Shown here: positions 8,979 to 18,053 of the stretch, in pieces | How positions within the stretch are numbered: position 1 is the stretch's first letter | How the letters are laid out: the number at the start of each line of letters is the position of its first letter | IMG/VR virus record: IMGVR_UViG_3300028549_000365 | Span: 1 to 64,000 of that record | DNA: 64,000 bases | Source: a virus | Lineage: Duplodnaviria > Caudoviricetes | Direction: 5' to 3' (one strand) | Position numbers and translations under genes: made by a program | The notes under the pieces: generated by a model | Told to the model about the DNA's origin: nothing | Database searches by the model: none | What the model saw: only the letters and a program-made list of their open reading frames with translations

Positions 8979-9188
8979 ATGGAACAAGAACACGTACCAG
9001 TTGTTGGCGATACATATAAACATAAAGATGGCGATGACTATAGAGTAGTTCGTATTAATAACGATTATACTACTATCGCAGGTAAGCTAATCACAATAGT
9101 TGAATATACTAAATTAGACTACTATGAAATTTGTTTAAGACGATTAGAACATTTTAATAGAAGTTTTAAAAAGATAGATAACGTATAG
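8979..9188 (+). CDS. DUF1653-like small protein
   Basis: VGDTYKHKDGDDYRVV...IVEY...RRLEHFNRSF resembles the GxYxHxKG...VxY...R...F pattern. Confidence 0.5.
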   Translation: MEQEHVPVVGDTYKHKDGDDYRVVRINNDYTTIAGKLITIVEYTKLDYYEICLRRLEHFNRSFKKIDNV

Positions 9189-9205
9189 CACGTGCTATAC
9201 GTTAT
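9178..9205 (+). terminator. palindromic hairpin terminator
   Basis: ATAACGTATAGCACGTGCTATACGTTAT is a perfect 28-bp palindrome spanning the stop of the upstream gene. Confidence 0.75.
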
Positions 9206-9223
9206 ATTCTATTTTTTATTAAT

Positions 9224-9241
9224 CATATATTATTAATATAG
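9224..9241 (+). promoter_or_regulatory. putative phage early promoter
   Basis: CATATATTATTAATATAG; motif recurs at 21329, 25337, 56181, 62259, always intergenic upstream of an RBS; resembles the phiKZ early TATATTAC element. Confidence 0.7.
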
Positions 9242-9268
9242 AACAAATATTGATAAAAAGGATGTAAG

Positions 9269-9574
9269 ATGATAAATAATGATGAAATTAAAAAAGGTGA
9301 TTTATGTTGGTTTCAGTCCAGAGACAAATCTGTAGATAATGATAATAATAGAGCTGACGCTATTGTGTACCTAGCTCCGTTTTATTCAAAGGTTTTATTA
9401 CCAGACGGACGTATTAGTTATTTTGGTGTTACTTATGTAGATAAAAGTAAAGAGTCTGTTATGACTCCAGAGTTTAATATGTGTGAAAAATATGTTCCAG
9501 GGGTACTTCCATTCAGTTTAAATTCTGATAAAGAGAAGATATTGAAGATATTAGGAGAGATGGAAAATGAATGA
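9269..9574 (+). CDS. hypothetical protein
   Basis: First ORF after the promoter motif, AAGGA RBS. Confidence 0.75.
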   Translation: MINNDEIKKGDLCWFQSRDKSVDNDNNRADAIVYLAPFYSKVLLPDGRISYFGVTYVDKSKESVMTPEFNMCEKYVPGVLPFSLNSDKEKILKILGEMENE

Positions 9575-10280
9575 TTTAAATAAAGACGTTCCAAAAGAAC
9601 TAAAAGATAAAATAAACACAATACTTAAAGAGTACAGTAACTATGTGTATGATTTAGACAAAGTTTATTATGCAGTTTTATATAAGTTGCATACTAAGAC
9701 TAAAAAGATGATGTTTAAAATAAGACCTTTTTGTAAACCAGTACATGATTGGTCTGGTCACGAGTTCACAGTTTATTTAAGAGAATTGGATGGTAATTTT
9801 GTTTGCACCCCAATAGAGTTTGTAATAAATATAAATACGGAAGAAGTATTTGAAAGTAAGAAAGTTAAAGCTAAAATATTTACTAACTATTTAGAAGCTC
9901 TTAATAGTAAGAAGAAAGGTGTTAATAGATTGTTAAGACAAGAGCGCAATGATTTATACGAACACTGGTTAAATAGTTATAAAAAGTTTATTTATATACA
10001 TATTGATTTTAGAGATGGTACAGAGATAAGCTACGAAGAGGGTAAAAAATCTAAAGAAAGTTTTTCTACTAACTGTTTAGAATTTTTCAATTTCGACTTA
10101 CTAGATAATGGTGTACAAGATGTATACGTATTAAGTAAACACGGTAGAATATCTTTAAGAGATTTACTATATAATAAAGGTAAAGGTTATTGTGAAAAAG
10201 AAATACGGCTTTCGCATAATGTATATAAAATGCTAGTAGCTGGTTCATTTGAGTTTAAACCTTATAAGGAGAGTAACTAA
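9567..10280 (+). CDS. hypothetical protein
   Basis: Overlapping co-directional ORF with GGAG RBS. Confidence 0.75.
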   Translation: MNDLNKDVPKELKDKINTILKEYSNYVYDLDKVYYAVLYKLHTKTKKMMFKIRPFCKPVHDWSGHEFTVYLRELDGNFVCTPIEFVININTEEVFESKKVKAKIFTNYLEALNSKKKGVNRLLRQERNDLYEHWLNSYKKFIYIHIDFRDGTEISYEEGKKSKESFSTNCLEFFNFDLLDNGVQDVYVLSKHGRISLRDLLYNKGKGYCEKEIRLSHNVYKMLVAGSFEFKPYKESN

Positions 10281-10492
10281 TGGAATATTGGTTACAAGAG
10301 TTTGACGATAATCTTATGTTAGGTATGTTTAAATTTAGTGTAAAAAAACATTTCTTAAAAAAGATTATACCAAAATTAAAAAGAATAAAAACAGTTAAGG
10401 TTAGTAATAAAGCGGATAAGAAAGATCGAAGAGCTTTTGCTAGTGCTAGATTCTTCTTAAATAAGAAAATGCATAAATTCAGATTATGTTAA
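10280..10492 (+). CDS. small basic hypothetical protein
   Basis: TAATG stop/start coupling, AAGGAG RBS, Lys/Arg-rich. Confidence 0.7.
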   Translation: MEYWLQEFDDNLMLGMFKFSVKKHFLKKIIPKLKRIKTVKVSNKADKKDRRAFASARFFLNKKMHKFRLC

Positions 10493-10507
10493 AATAAAGG
10501 ATAACAA

Positions 10508-11023
10508 ATGAGTACAGCATATAGATGTAGGTTTAATCAATTAGTATTAGACCTAGCAGAAAGACCAGATATAGTTAGTTGGTTAGTAGCGTGTGAAGGC
10601 ATTAAAATAGCCGCAGATAACGGAAATTATGATCTAAATAATAATTATGCTCCAGAAGGCATAACAGCTGGCGGTAGGTGCGATCCTTTGTTCCATAATG
10701 AACATGATGATAATACGGAATTAGAGTTAAACATTACTGATGTTTCTAAAGTTTATATAGATTACTGTGTTGGTAATGCAAATAAAGCTAGAGAGATGGA
10801 AGAAGTTATTTATCTATTCGCTAAGTATTATATTTCAGGCACAGTCATAATGGACGAAGATGACGATATATATAGATTGTACAATATGCAAGTTATAAAA
10901 GATAATATAAACTTAATAAGTTTAGACGAATTTAAATCTTATTATCATCCGATGTTTAATAAACTACCACTGTTTACAATACATAGTTATGACGATGATA
11001 AAGTAGATAATTTTTATTATTAA
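10508..11023 (+). CDS. hypothetical protein
   Basis: AAGGA RBS, packed run. Confidence 0.75.
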   Translation: MSTAYRCRFNQLVLDLAERPDIVSWLVACEGIKIAADNGNYDLNNNYAPEGITAGGRCDPLFHNEHDDNTELELNITDVSKVYIDYCVGNANKAREMEEVIYLFAKYYISGTVIMDEDDDIYRLYNMQVIKDNINLISLDEFKSYYHPMFNKLPLFTIHSYDDDKVDNFYY

Positions 11024-11035
11024 GAAAGGAATAAT

Positions 11036-11605
11036 ATGACAGGTGAACGAATACAAATGTTGACAAAAGGTAATCTTGATGAGTATTGTACTCTTACTGA
11101 GTTCGTAGATAAAAAGAAGAATGTTGGTTTAGCTAGAAGATTAAAGTTAGCTAAGAAGAAAAAGTTGTCAAATATATTAACAGAACAACAATGTAAGTAT
11201 GTAGTTAATTGTTTTGAAACTAACAATAAGTATAACGATTTTGAATATGAAATGTTAAATATATTAACAAGTGTCCAGTTTAAGAAATATATGTCAGAGT
11301 TAAACGCTGAAGAGTTTAGTATGGTAGATTTCTTAGATCTAGCGCAACGAATATACTGTGAAGATTTAGCGTCTTATTTATACTTTAAATACAAAGCAGA
11401 AGTTATTAATCTTAATAACATGCATTTTATAGTTAAATATAAAAGTAAGTATTATGATTCTAAAACATTAGCTGGTGTTAAAAATATAGAAGATATTCCG
11501 TATGTTAATAGAATTGACATCCGAAATCTGAAACAACTACCGTGGACGGTAAGAGAATTACCAGAATACTATTTTAACGCAGCTAAAGCTGTTGGGTTAA
11601 TATAA
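11036..11605 (+). CDS. hypothetical protein (possible Cys-His-Asp papain/transglutaminase-like fold)
   Basis: YCEDLA...HFIVKYKSKYYD spacing; weak call. Confidence 0.55.
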   Translation: MTGERIQMLTKGNLDEYCTLTEFVDKKKNVGLARRLKLAKKKKLSNILTEQQCKYVVNCFETNNKYNDFEYEMLNILTSVQFKKYMSELNAEEFSMVDFLDLAQRIYCEDLASYLYFKYKAEVINLNNMHFIVKYKSKYYDSKTLAGVKNIEDIPYVNRIDIRNLKQLPWTVRELPEYYFNAAKAVGLI

Positions 11606-11624
11606 CAAAAATAAAGGAACAAAA

Positions 11625-12083
11625 GTGAATGATGTAAAAAAATCAAATGATGAATTATGCATTAAACCTAAACTAAAGTTTACATTAATAACTAAAATAG
11701 TTATTGTGTTAGTAGTATGGGTTATATCTATAGCAACTGTCATTGGTAGTATGGAATATTTGTTAAAAGAAAAGACGTTGGTTAAAGAGACTTATAAGTG
11801 GTATAACTTTCGCGCGTATAATGAAGTGTTTAAACATTGTGGTGACCAAGTAAACGTTACCATTGAATCTGATATTTATATCACGGAATCTACTGGAAAT
11901 AAATATAAACAACGAATAGAATACATATTACCTAAGGGTACATACAAAGGACCACAAATCGTTAATAGATATTATGATGGAGTGTATCCAAATGGTATTA
12001 TTCTAGTGGATGATATAAATGTTTATTATCCTGATGGTGACGACTGGTGTGAAATAAAAGTTAGTTATAAGGAGATATTATGA
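11625..12083 (+). CDS. hypothetical membrane-anchored protein
   Basis: Single hydrophobic helix IVIVLVVWVISIATVIG near the N-terminus. Confidence 0.7.
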   Translation: MNDVKKSNDELCIKPKLKFTLITKIVIVLVVWVISIATVIGSMEYLLKEKTLVKETYKWYNFRAYNEVFKHCGDQVNVTIESDIYITESTGNKYKQRIEYILPKGTYKGPQIVNRYYDGVYPNGIILVDDINVYYPDGDDWCEIKVSYKEIL

Positions 12084-12454
12084 GTTTTAAGAAAAAGAGC
12101 TTGTTTGGTCAATATGTTGATAAAGTATTGGAACTAAGTAAAATAGACGGCGGTCGTCCTGTAAGAAAAGGTAATTTAGTTAGAGCAGAATTTGCTATTA
12201 GAATAAGTCTACCTTATTGCATAGTTGTAGATAATTTAGGTAATGTTACACTTAAAAATAGAGAATATCAACAGTTAGGTAGTGTACTTAATGTTAGTAA
12301 AGAAGATACAGAGATTTTTATAGGTAAAACACACGAAGTTCATATTGGTACCCATTACTTATATTACGATGATGACAAACCGTGGGAATCTGTTAAAAAC
12401 TTTAAAGCATACAAACATAAACTATATGAAATTATAGATAATTGTTTTGAATAA
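12080..12454 (+). CDS. hypothetical protein (paralog of 12464..12844)
   Basis: SLFGQYVDKVLEL...KGNLVRAEFAIRI.LPY...PWExVKNFK shared with the next gene. Confidence 0.8.
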   Translation: MSFKKKSLFGQYVDKVLELSKIDGGRPVRKGNLVRAEFAIRISLPYCIVVDNLGNVTLKNREYQQLGSVLNVSKEDTEIFIGKTHEVHIGTHYLYYDDDKPWESVKNFKAYKHKLYEIIDNCFE

Positions 12455-12463
12455 GGAGAGATT

Positions 12464-12844
12464 ATGAAAAGAAGTATATTTGGACAACACGTCGATAAAG
12501 TCCTAGAACTAAACAGTATAGATAGCGAGAACAATTTTGTAAGTAAAGGCGATTTAGTTAAAGCAGAATTTGCTATTAGAATACTTTTACCTTATGCTAT
12601 AACAATAAATAAAGAAGGTATAATTAAATTACAAAATAGAGAAAATTTACCCTTAGGACATGTTGTTCCAGCGTGTGAAATAACTAAAGATGTTTTTGAT
12701 ATTAAGAAAGAATTAAATAGTGCTCACATACCTGGTGGTATTCGTTATTTATATACCGACGCTAATAACCCGTGGGAACATGTTAAGAACTTTAAAGAGT
12801 ATCTAAAACAACTAGACGGTATAATAGAATGTATTTACGAATAA
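12464..12844 (+). CDS. hypothetical protein (paralog of 12080..12454)
   Basis: SIFGQHVDKVLEL...KGDLVKAEFAIRILLPY...PWEHVKNFK. Confidence 0.8.
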   Translation: MKRSIFGQHVDKVLELNSIDSENNFVSKGDLVKAEFAIRILLPYAITINKEGIIKLQNRENLPLGHVVPACEITKDVFDIKKELNSAHIPGGIRYLYTDANNPWEHVKNFKEYLKQLDGIIECIYE

Positions 12845-12850
12845 TAAGGA

Positions 12851-13417
12851 GTGTTTATGTTAAGTAATTTAATTAAATATTGTAAAAAAATAATAGATGA
12901 CGCCTACGCAAATAATCTTTTTATAAAAGATGGTAGACCTTATCTTACAGATTTAGCAGCTGAACGAGTAGCTGTAGCAGAATATGTTGTTGATGAGTTA
13001 AGTAAGCTTAATTCATTAAGAGATGCGTTAGTATATTGCGGTGTGACAAATTATTACGGAAACGATTTGTGTGGTTTGTATGTCAGTACTGGTGAAAATG
13101 TTGAAGAAGTTAAGCAAATGTTATCTACTGACAATGAACAAGATCCTAACTATAATATAGCTTGGGGTGGTTCATATCTTGGTGGTAGACCAGTAAAGAC
13201 AGTTAAGTTAATCGTTAAACATTATATTGAAGTAACACCAGAAGTAACAAAGTACGTAGACGAGCAAGTTATTTATACTTTAATTATTAATAGATTTATT
13301 AATAAATTTAGCGAAGATGAAAATTTTAGAATAGCTATCACATCAATAGACTATTGTCTGCATGATTTTGTAAAAAGAGTTATTAATAAAAATATATTAG
13401 ACCTTACAAGAGATTAA
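12851..13417 (+). CDS. hypothetical protein
   Basis: AAGGAG RBS, packed run (start may be the ATG at 12857). Confidence 0.7.
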   Translation: MFMLSNLIKYCKKIIDDAYANNLFIKDGRPYLTDLAAERVAVAEYVVDELSKLNSLRDALVYCGVTNYYGNDLCGLYVSTGENVEEVKQMLSTDNEQDPNYNIAWGGSYLGGRPVKTVKLIVKHYIEVTPEVTKYVDEQVIYTLIINRFINKFSEDENFRIAITSIDYCLHDFVKRVINKNILDLTRD

Positions 13418-13439
13418 TAATAGTTAAGAAAGGTATATT

Positions 13440-13937
13440 ATGGATAATACTATTGATAAACAATTTAAAGAAGCAAAAAAGTTTCATGACTGTGTGGACG
13501 AGTTGGTTAATGTAATTTCTAACGAGTGGTCTATAAAACTTATTTTAACAATATACAAAATACATGGTTATACATACGTTGATGAAATAGTAACTGTTGA
13601 TGACATACTATATCGTATGAACGATAATGATCTAGAAGAATATTATAACTATGTAAAGTTTATAATCGACGGTAAATTAAAAGAAATACCAGTAGATGGT
13701 ATAGTGATGCAACGTGCGTTGTTTCCATATAATACTTTTAAGTTTATGCTAGATGAATTCAGAAAACAGTTTAAAAACATAAATAGTAGTATACTCGATA
13801 GAGTGTTATCCGAACACAATTATAGTAGTTGTTATATACGAGATATACCTACTTCGGGTAAACTCTTTTTAGCTAGAACGATAATACGTCACGATGAGGT
13901 TATGGTTAAAATTATAATAAATATGGTTAAAGGATAA
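13440..13937 (+). CDS. hypothetical protein
   Basis: AAGG RBS, packed run. Confidence 0.75.
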   Translation: MDNTIDKQFKEAKKFHDCVDELVNVISNEWSIKLILTIYKIHGYTYVDEIVTVDDILYRMNDNDLEEYYNYVKFIIDGKLKEIPVDGIVMQRALFPYNTFKFMLDEFRKQFKNINSSILDRVLSEHNYSSCYIRDIPTSGKLFLARTIIRHDEVMVKIIINMVKG

Positions 13938-13940
13938 AAA

Positions 13941-14135
13941 ATGATGAATGATTCTGACTATGGTTTTGTTAATCCTGTATTTCGTATTGTACGAATGGTG
14001 ATGGCTAACATTACAAGACAATGGATATCTAAGATGAAGAAGGATAAGTATTTCAAATATAGAAGTATAAAGATTAGAAGAGATATAATTAAACACATAA
14101 AGGATACATATGAACACACAAATAAAAGAAGATGA
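13941..14135 (+). CDS. basic microprotein, WxxxMKKDKxFKxR family (copy 1)
   Basis: RQWISKMKKDKYFKYR motif; AAGGA RBS. Confidence 0.75.
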   Translation: MMNDSDYGFVNPVFRIVRMVMANITRQWISKMKKDKYFKYRSIKIRRDIIKHIKDTYEHTNKRR

Positions 14136-14283
14136 TGAAATACTAGATATAGATACATTATGGATACTAACTAAAGTGCAAACTATAAGAAAGTGGCTTA
14201 AAGAGATGAAAAAAGATAAGTACTTTAAAGACAGGAGAGCTAAAGCTAGACGACATATATTTAAACAAATAATTAAAGGATAA
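14110..14283 (+). CDS. basic microprotein, WxxxMKKDKxFKxR family (copy 2; 57 aa, absent from the ORF track)
   Basis: Own translation: MNTQIKEDDEILDIDTLWILTKVQTIRKWLKEMKKDKYFKDRRAKARRHIFKQIIKG; AAGGA RBS upstream. Confidence 0.8.
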   Translation: MNTQIKEDDEILDIDTLWILTKVQTIRKWLKEMKKDKYFKDRRAKARRHIFKQIIKG

Positions 14284-14286
14284 AAT

Positions 14287-14607
14287 ATGAATAATACAGA
14301 TGGACTAATGTCATTTATAAGAAAGTCATTAAGGTTGTTAGATAATAAAAAAATATTAGAACACAACAACTCTAAAGTTGATGTAGCTAATGAGCTATTA
14401 GCTGGAGGAGAAATTATTACAGAAGGTGGTAAAATACTTTCTAAAGATGGTATTGAAAAAGAACTTGAGCTTATAGTTAAAGTAGCTTCAAGTACAAATC
14501 CAATAGAAACATTATGTGAAACTGTTACTTGGGATAATTTACAGTATTTAGATATTAATCTATACTTTACTTTAATAGGTTATGATATTGTTAAGAAAAT
14601 AGAATAA
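14287..14607 (+). CDS. hypothetical protein
   Basis: AAGGA RBS, packed run. Confidence 0.75.
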   Translation: MNNTDGLMSFIRKSLRLLDNKKILEHNNSKVDVANELLAGGEIITEGGKILSKDGIEKELELIVKVASSTNPIETLCETVTWDNLQYLDINLYFTLIGYDIVKKIE

Positions 14608-14616
14608 GGATAAATT

Positions 14617-14808
14617 ATGAATAGTAGTGGTCAATATTTCGACGAAGAGTTGTTAACAATAGCAATAGTTCAAACAACAAGAAAATGGTTAGTGCAAATG
14701 AAAAAGGATAAACGTTTCAAAGACAGAAACGCTAAATGTAGAAGACGAATATTTAAAAGAATGAAGGAGAGATCAGAATGGAATTTATTAATAAAAGAAT
14801 GGAAGTAA
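14617..14808 (+). CDS. basic microprotein, WxxxMKKDKxFKxR family (copy 3)
   Basis: RKWLVQMKKDKRFKDRNAKCRRRIFK. Confidence 0.8.
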   Translation: MNSSGQYFDEELLTIAIVQTTRKWLVQMKKDKRFKDRNAKCRRRIFKRMKERSEWNLLIKEWK

Positions 14809-15500
14809 CATTGTTACACCACACACCATTAGCAATAATGGAAACGACAATCAACACATGTTGGGATACACACGATAAATGTGTACCTGGTGAAGTTAAC
14901 GTAGTTAAGATAGATAGGGTTGTAAATAAGTTTAAACACGCTAGTACATCAGAATGTGTTAGTTATAACTTTTACATTAAAGGTGTGAGCAGAGCACTCT
15001 TACAAGAATTGGCTAGACATAGATTAGCAAGTCCAAGTGTTAAATCAACTAGATACACGCTCAAAGAGCTTAAAGAAGAACCATCGTTTGGTAGTGTGAG
15101 TAGAGTAACTGACTCAGAGTTTATAAAATATCTTAATACACAATCAGCTCCTTACGTTAGATGGTGTTCTGAGCCTGATATTATTAGAGCTCAAAAGTAT
15201 TTAGTGTTCACAGGTATATTCTCTGTTGATGTTGCGTCTGTTAAAGCTTTAGAAAACTTAAGAGAAATTATTGTTTCTGGTGTATCTAATGATAAAGCTA
15301 AATTCTGTTTACCAGAATCGTATCGTACGGAATTATCATGGACTATCAACGCTAGAAGTTTAAAGAACTTTATTAAGCTTAGAACTGATAAAGGTGCGTT
15401 GTGGGAAATTAGAGAACTAGCGTATCGTATTTACGATATTATTCCAGAAGAACATAAGTTCTTATATTCAGAGGAGGTTTACAGTGGGGGTGACGAATAA
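14778..15500 (+). CDS. thyX: FAD-dependent thymidylate synthase
   Basis: SRALLQELARHRLASPSVKSTRY (ThyX RHRx7SxR motif) and WTINARSLKNFIKLR...ALWEIRELA. Confidence 0.95.
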   Translation: MEFINKRMEVTLLHHTPLAIMETTINTCWDTHDKCVPGEVNVVKIDRVVNKFKHASTSECVSYNFYIKGVSRALLQELARHRLASPSVKSTRYTLKELKEEPSFGSVSRVTDSEFIKYLNTQSAPYVRWCSEPDIIRAQKYLVFTGIFSVDVASVKALENLREIIVSGVSNDKAKFCLPESYRTELSWTINARSLKNFIKLRTDKGALWEIRELAYRIYDIIPEEHKFLYSEEVYSGGDE

Positions 15501-17202
15501 CACCGTAACTAAATTAGATGATTTAGAACTCATGGATAAATACGATATAACCTATGAACAATTGGATAACGTTAAACAAAGATTGTCTATAGGTAAATTT
15601 ACAGATGAATATACTGAAGTACAATATAATAAACTTATAGAAGCTTTAGAATCGTTTCATTCTGAAATACAAATTGGTGATTATCTTATACTTAAGAACT
15701 GGCGTTCCAATAAAAAAGATAATGTGTATAAAGTAAAAAGATTCGATACAGTTATGAATATTAAAATGTATATGTCAAGTAACGCTACTACAGAAGCAGC
15801 TAAACACGAACAAACAGTTGGTGTAGCTGAAACACATATTTTATACGTTGGTGCTGTGATGTCAACAAGTTCTTTAGCTAAATGTTTAGAGTTAAAAGAA
15901 GATGATATTAAAGATGCTGTAAGAACAGCTGGGTTTAGTAATAGAGTTTTTAAAGATTTAACTCTAAGAGATTATGATCTAGTGTTAGATATTGTTAACA
16001 TGCTTGAAACTAAGAAATTTCTAAAAGATCCTAAAGACGAAAAATATATTTCAGTTAGGGATATGGCGTTAGATTTACATATATCAGAGTCTACTATTAA
16101 ACAGTATATAGTTAGCGAAAAGATAATATCTAAGTTTTATACTAAGGTACCTTATAGTAGCTATGAAGCGTTTAAAGAACGAAATGTATTTAGTAAAAAT
16201 AGACAAATGTGTGTTAGCTGTGAAAGAGAGTATCCAGGTACATATATTAATTTTGATACTAAAACATGTAGATCATGTACTAAAGGTAAAAAGAAACCAG
16301 TAACTAAATCTGTTAGTGTAGTAGACGATGAAATGGCTGAAACGCTTATTGACGACTTAAAAGGAATATTTGAAGAGTCTGACAACGTAGATACTTCATA
16401 TGATGACGCAGTTAATATGGCTGTTTTAATGTATCCTTGTCAAACAGAAACTATCACCGAGGAGATGCAAGATAAGATTAATACAGTATCTGAATCTGTA
16501 CTTACGGAACATTATGCTGTGTTAGCCGATTCAGCCGCTAAAACACTGTTTGGTACTAGATATTCTGAAACTGTAGACGACTCACAACAAACTATTGATC
16601 TAGATTTCAATCCAAAAGATCTAGCTGAATTAGACACTACGTTACGATCTTTTATACCAACAGACACGCCTGTAGGTAAGATAATAGATACCGCTAGTAA
16701 AATAGATAACGGAGCTACTAGTGTAGAGCTTACAGATGCTCAAATAGGTAGGTTAATAGGAATACCTAATTATACCGATGAAGATGTTAAGTTACCTAGC
16801 GGGTTATCATACGACCAAGTAGAAGAACATATAACTGTACCAAAACACGATAACTTATGCGGTGAAATAGATATACCACCGTTGGGTGATGGTACAGTTT
16901 GGATTCCTGACACAACCAATTCTTTAACTTCTAGGCACGGACATATTGGAATTGATTCTGATGTCTATACAAGTGATAGAGTAAATGAAGAAACTGGTTT
17001 ATATTATGTTATGTACGAGGACGCAATTAGTGAAGAACGAACTACGTTATTAATAGGTAATGTTACGTTAGCTGAAGCTACAGAACACTGTAATTTGTTA
17101 TACGATATAAACGCGCACGGTAATAGTATTAAAAATGTTACGTTACTAAAAGCTATTTCTAAATTCGAGTTAGTTACTAGTATTAAGAAAACAGATTTAT
17201 AA
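15484..17202 (+). CDS. large hypothetical protein with Zn-ribbon and possible HTH
   Basis: CVSC...CRSC motif; SVRDMALDLHISESTIKQY is HTH-like; start codon uncertain. Confidence 0.65.
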   Translation: MGVTNNTVTKLDDLELMDKYDITYEQLDNVKQRLSIGKFTDEYTEVQYNKLIEALESFHSEIQIGDYLILKNWRSNKKDNVYKVKRFDTVMNIKMYMSSNATTEAAKHEQTVGVAETHILYVGAVMSTSSLAKCLELKEDDIKDAVRTAGFSNRVFKDLTLRDYDLVLDIVNMLETKKFLKDPKDEKYISVRDMALDLHISESTIKQYIVSEKIISKFYTKVPYSSYEAFKERNVFSKNRQMCVSCEREYPGTYINFDTKTCRSCTKGKKKPVTKSVSVVDDEMAETLIDDLKGIFEESDNVDTSYDDAVNMAVLMYPCQTETITEEMQDKINTVSESVLTEHYAVLADSAAKTLFGTRYSETVDDSQQTIDLDFNPKDLAELDTTLRSFIPTDTPVGKIIDTASKIDNGATSVELTDAQIGRLIGIPNYTDEDVKLPSGLSYDQVEEHITVPKHDNLCGEIDIPPLGDGTVWIPDTTNSLTSRHGHIGIDSDVYTSDRVNEETGLYYVMYEDAISEERTTLLIGNVTLAEATEHCNLLYDINAHGNSIKNVTLLKAISKFELVTSIKKTDL

Positions 17203-17213
17203 AAGGTATTGAT

Positions 17214-17444
17214 ATGGTATGTATAAATGGAGTTGAGTTTAAGACACTAACTGTAAAAGAGATAGAGTGTGATAATTGTGAAAAGCCTAACAGCTCTAGA
17301 TATTTTGTTAGTTATTTTGACGATAATAAATATGAAAGTCCTGTTGGGATATCAAATGGTGATATGGTAAAAGGTTACATTATAGCTATGAAAACATTAG
17401 CATATAATATGGGTATAAAATTTTATTTAAAGGAGTTGGAATGA
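17214..17444 (+). CDS. hypothetical protein
   Basis: AAGG RBS, packed run. Confidence 0.7.
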   Translation: MVCINGVEFKTLTVKEIECDNCEKPNSSRYFVSYFDDNKYESPVGISNGDMVKGYIIAMKTLAYNMGIKFYLKELE

Positions 17445-17851
17445 ATGGTGACTATGTAAAGTTAATTCCAGATGATGATGGTTTTTACACTATACCTATG
17501 AACTTTGAGTTAGGTAAACCTAGTGTGAGTAATATAATGTATGACGTTGATACTGTCTTAGAAAAACTTAATAAATATAAAGACACCAAACCATTTATGT
17601 TTCAAGATCAATCATCAGTTAACACACTTGAAGGTGTAGCTGGTGAAATAGTTGGTATGGTACAAGATGGACCAGTGGTAAGCTTTAAAGTAAAAACGTT
17701 GTCTAGGTTTAAAGATTCTATATATGACCCTTGCTACTTCGGTGTAAGCGGTTATCTTAAAAAAGATGATGGTACCGGCATACGATATATGTCACATATA
17801 ACTGGTGTGTTTCTAACACCATTTAACCGTGTAAAAATAGAAGATAACTAA
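17441..17851 (+). CDS. hypothetical protein
   Basis: AAGGAG RBS, ATGA overlap with the upstream gene. Confidence 0.75.
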   Translation: MNGDYVKLIPDDDGFYTIPMNFELGKPSVSNIMYDVDTVLEKLNKYKDTKPFMFQDQSSVNTLEGVAGEIVGMVQDGPVVSFKVKTLSRFKDSIYDPCYFGVSGYLKKDDGTGIRYMSHITGVFLTPFNRVKIEDN

Positions 17852-17880
17852 CACACAATAGTGTGTTAGTTATTTTTTTT
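17844..17880 (+). terminator. intrinsic terminator
   Basis: ATAACTAACACAC-aata-GTGTGTTAGTTAT followed by a T tract. Confidence 0.9.
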
Positions 17881-17913
17881 GTACTCCACTATATTTCAAC
17901 CGTATATTATAAT
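17881..17913 (+). promoter_or_regulatory. putative promoter cassette (near-identical copy at 49021)
   Basis: GTACTCCACTATATTTCAACCGTATATTATAAT vs GTAATCCATTATATTTCAACCGTATATCATAAG, 4 mismatches in 33 nt; contains the TATATTAT core. Confidence 0.7.
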
Positions 17914-18053
17914 CGTAGTCTAGGATGCACCTCTAGGCGAATTGGTCTGTGTAGTGTTGTGTGCATGCGCTATTACAGAGAGCAGCGTGTATTATTTATA
18001 ATACAAAATACGAGTTATCAAAAGCGATTACTCGAACATATAAGGGGTTTAGT

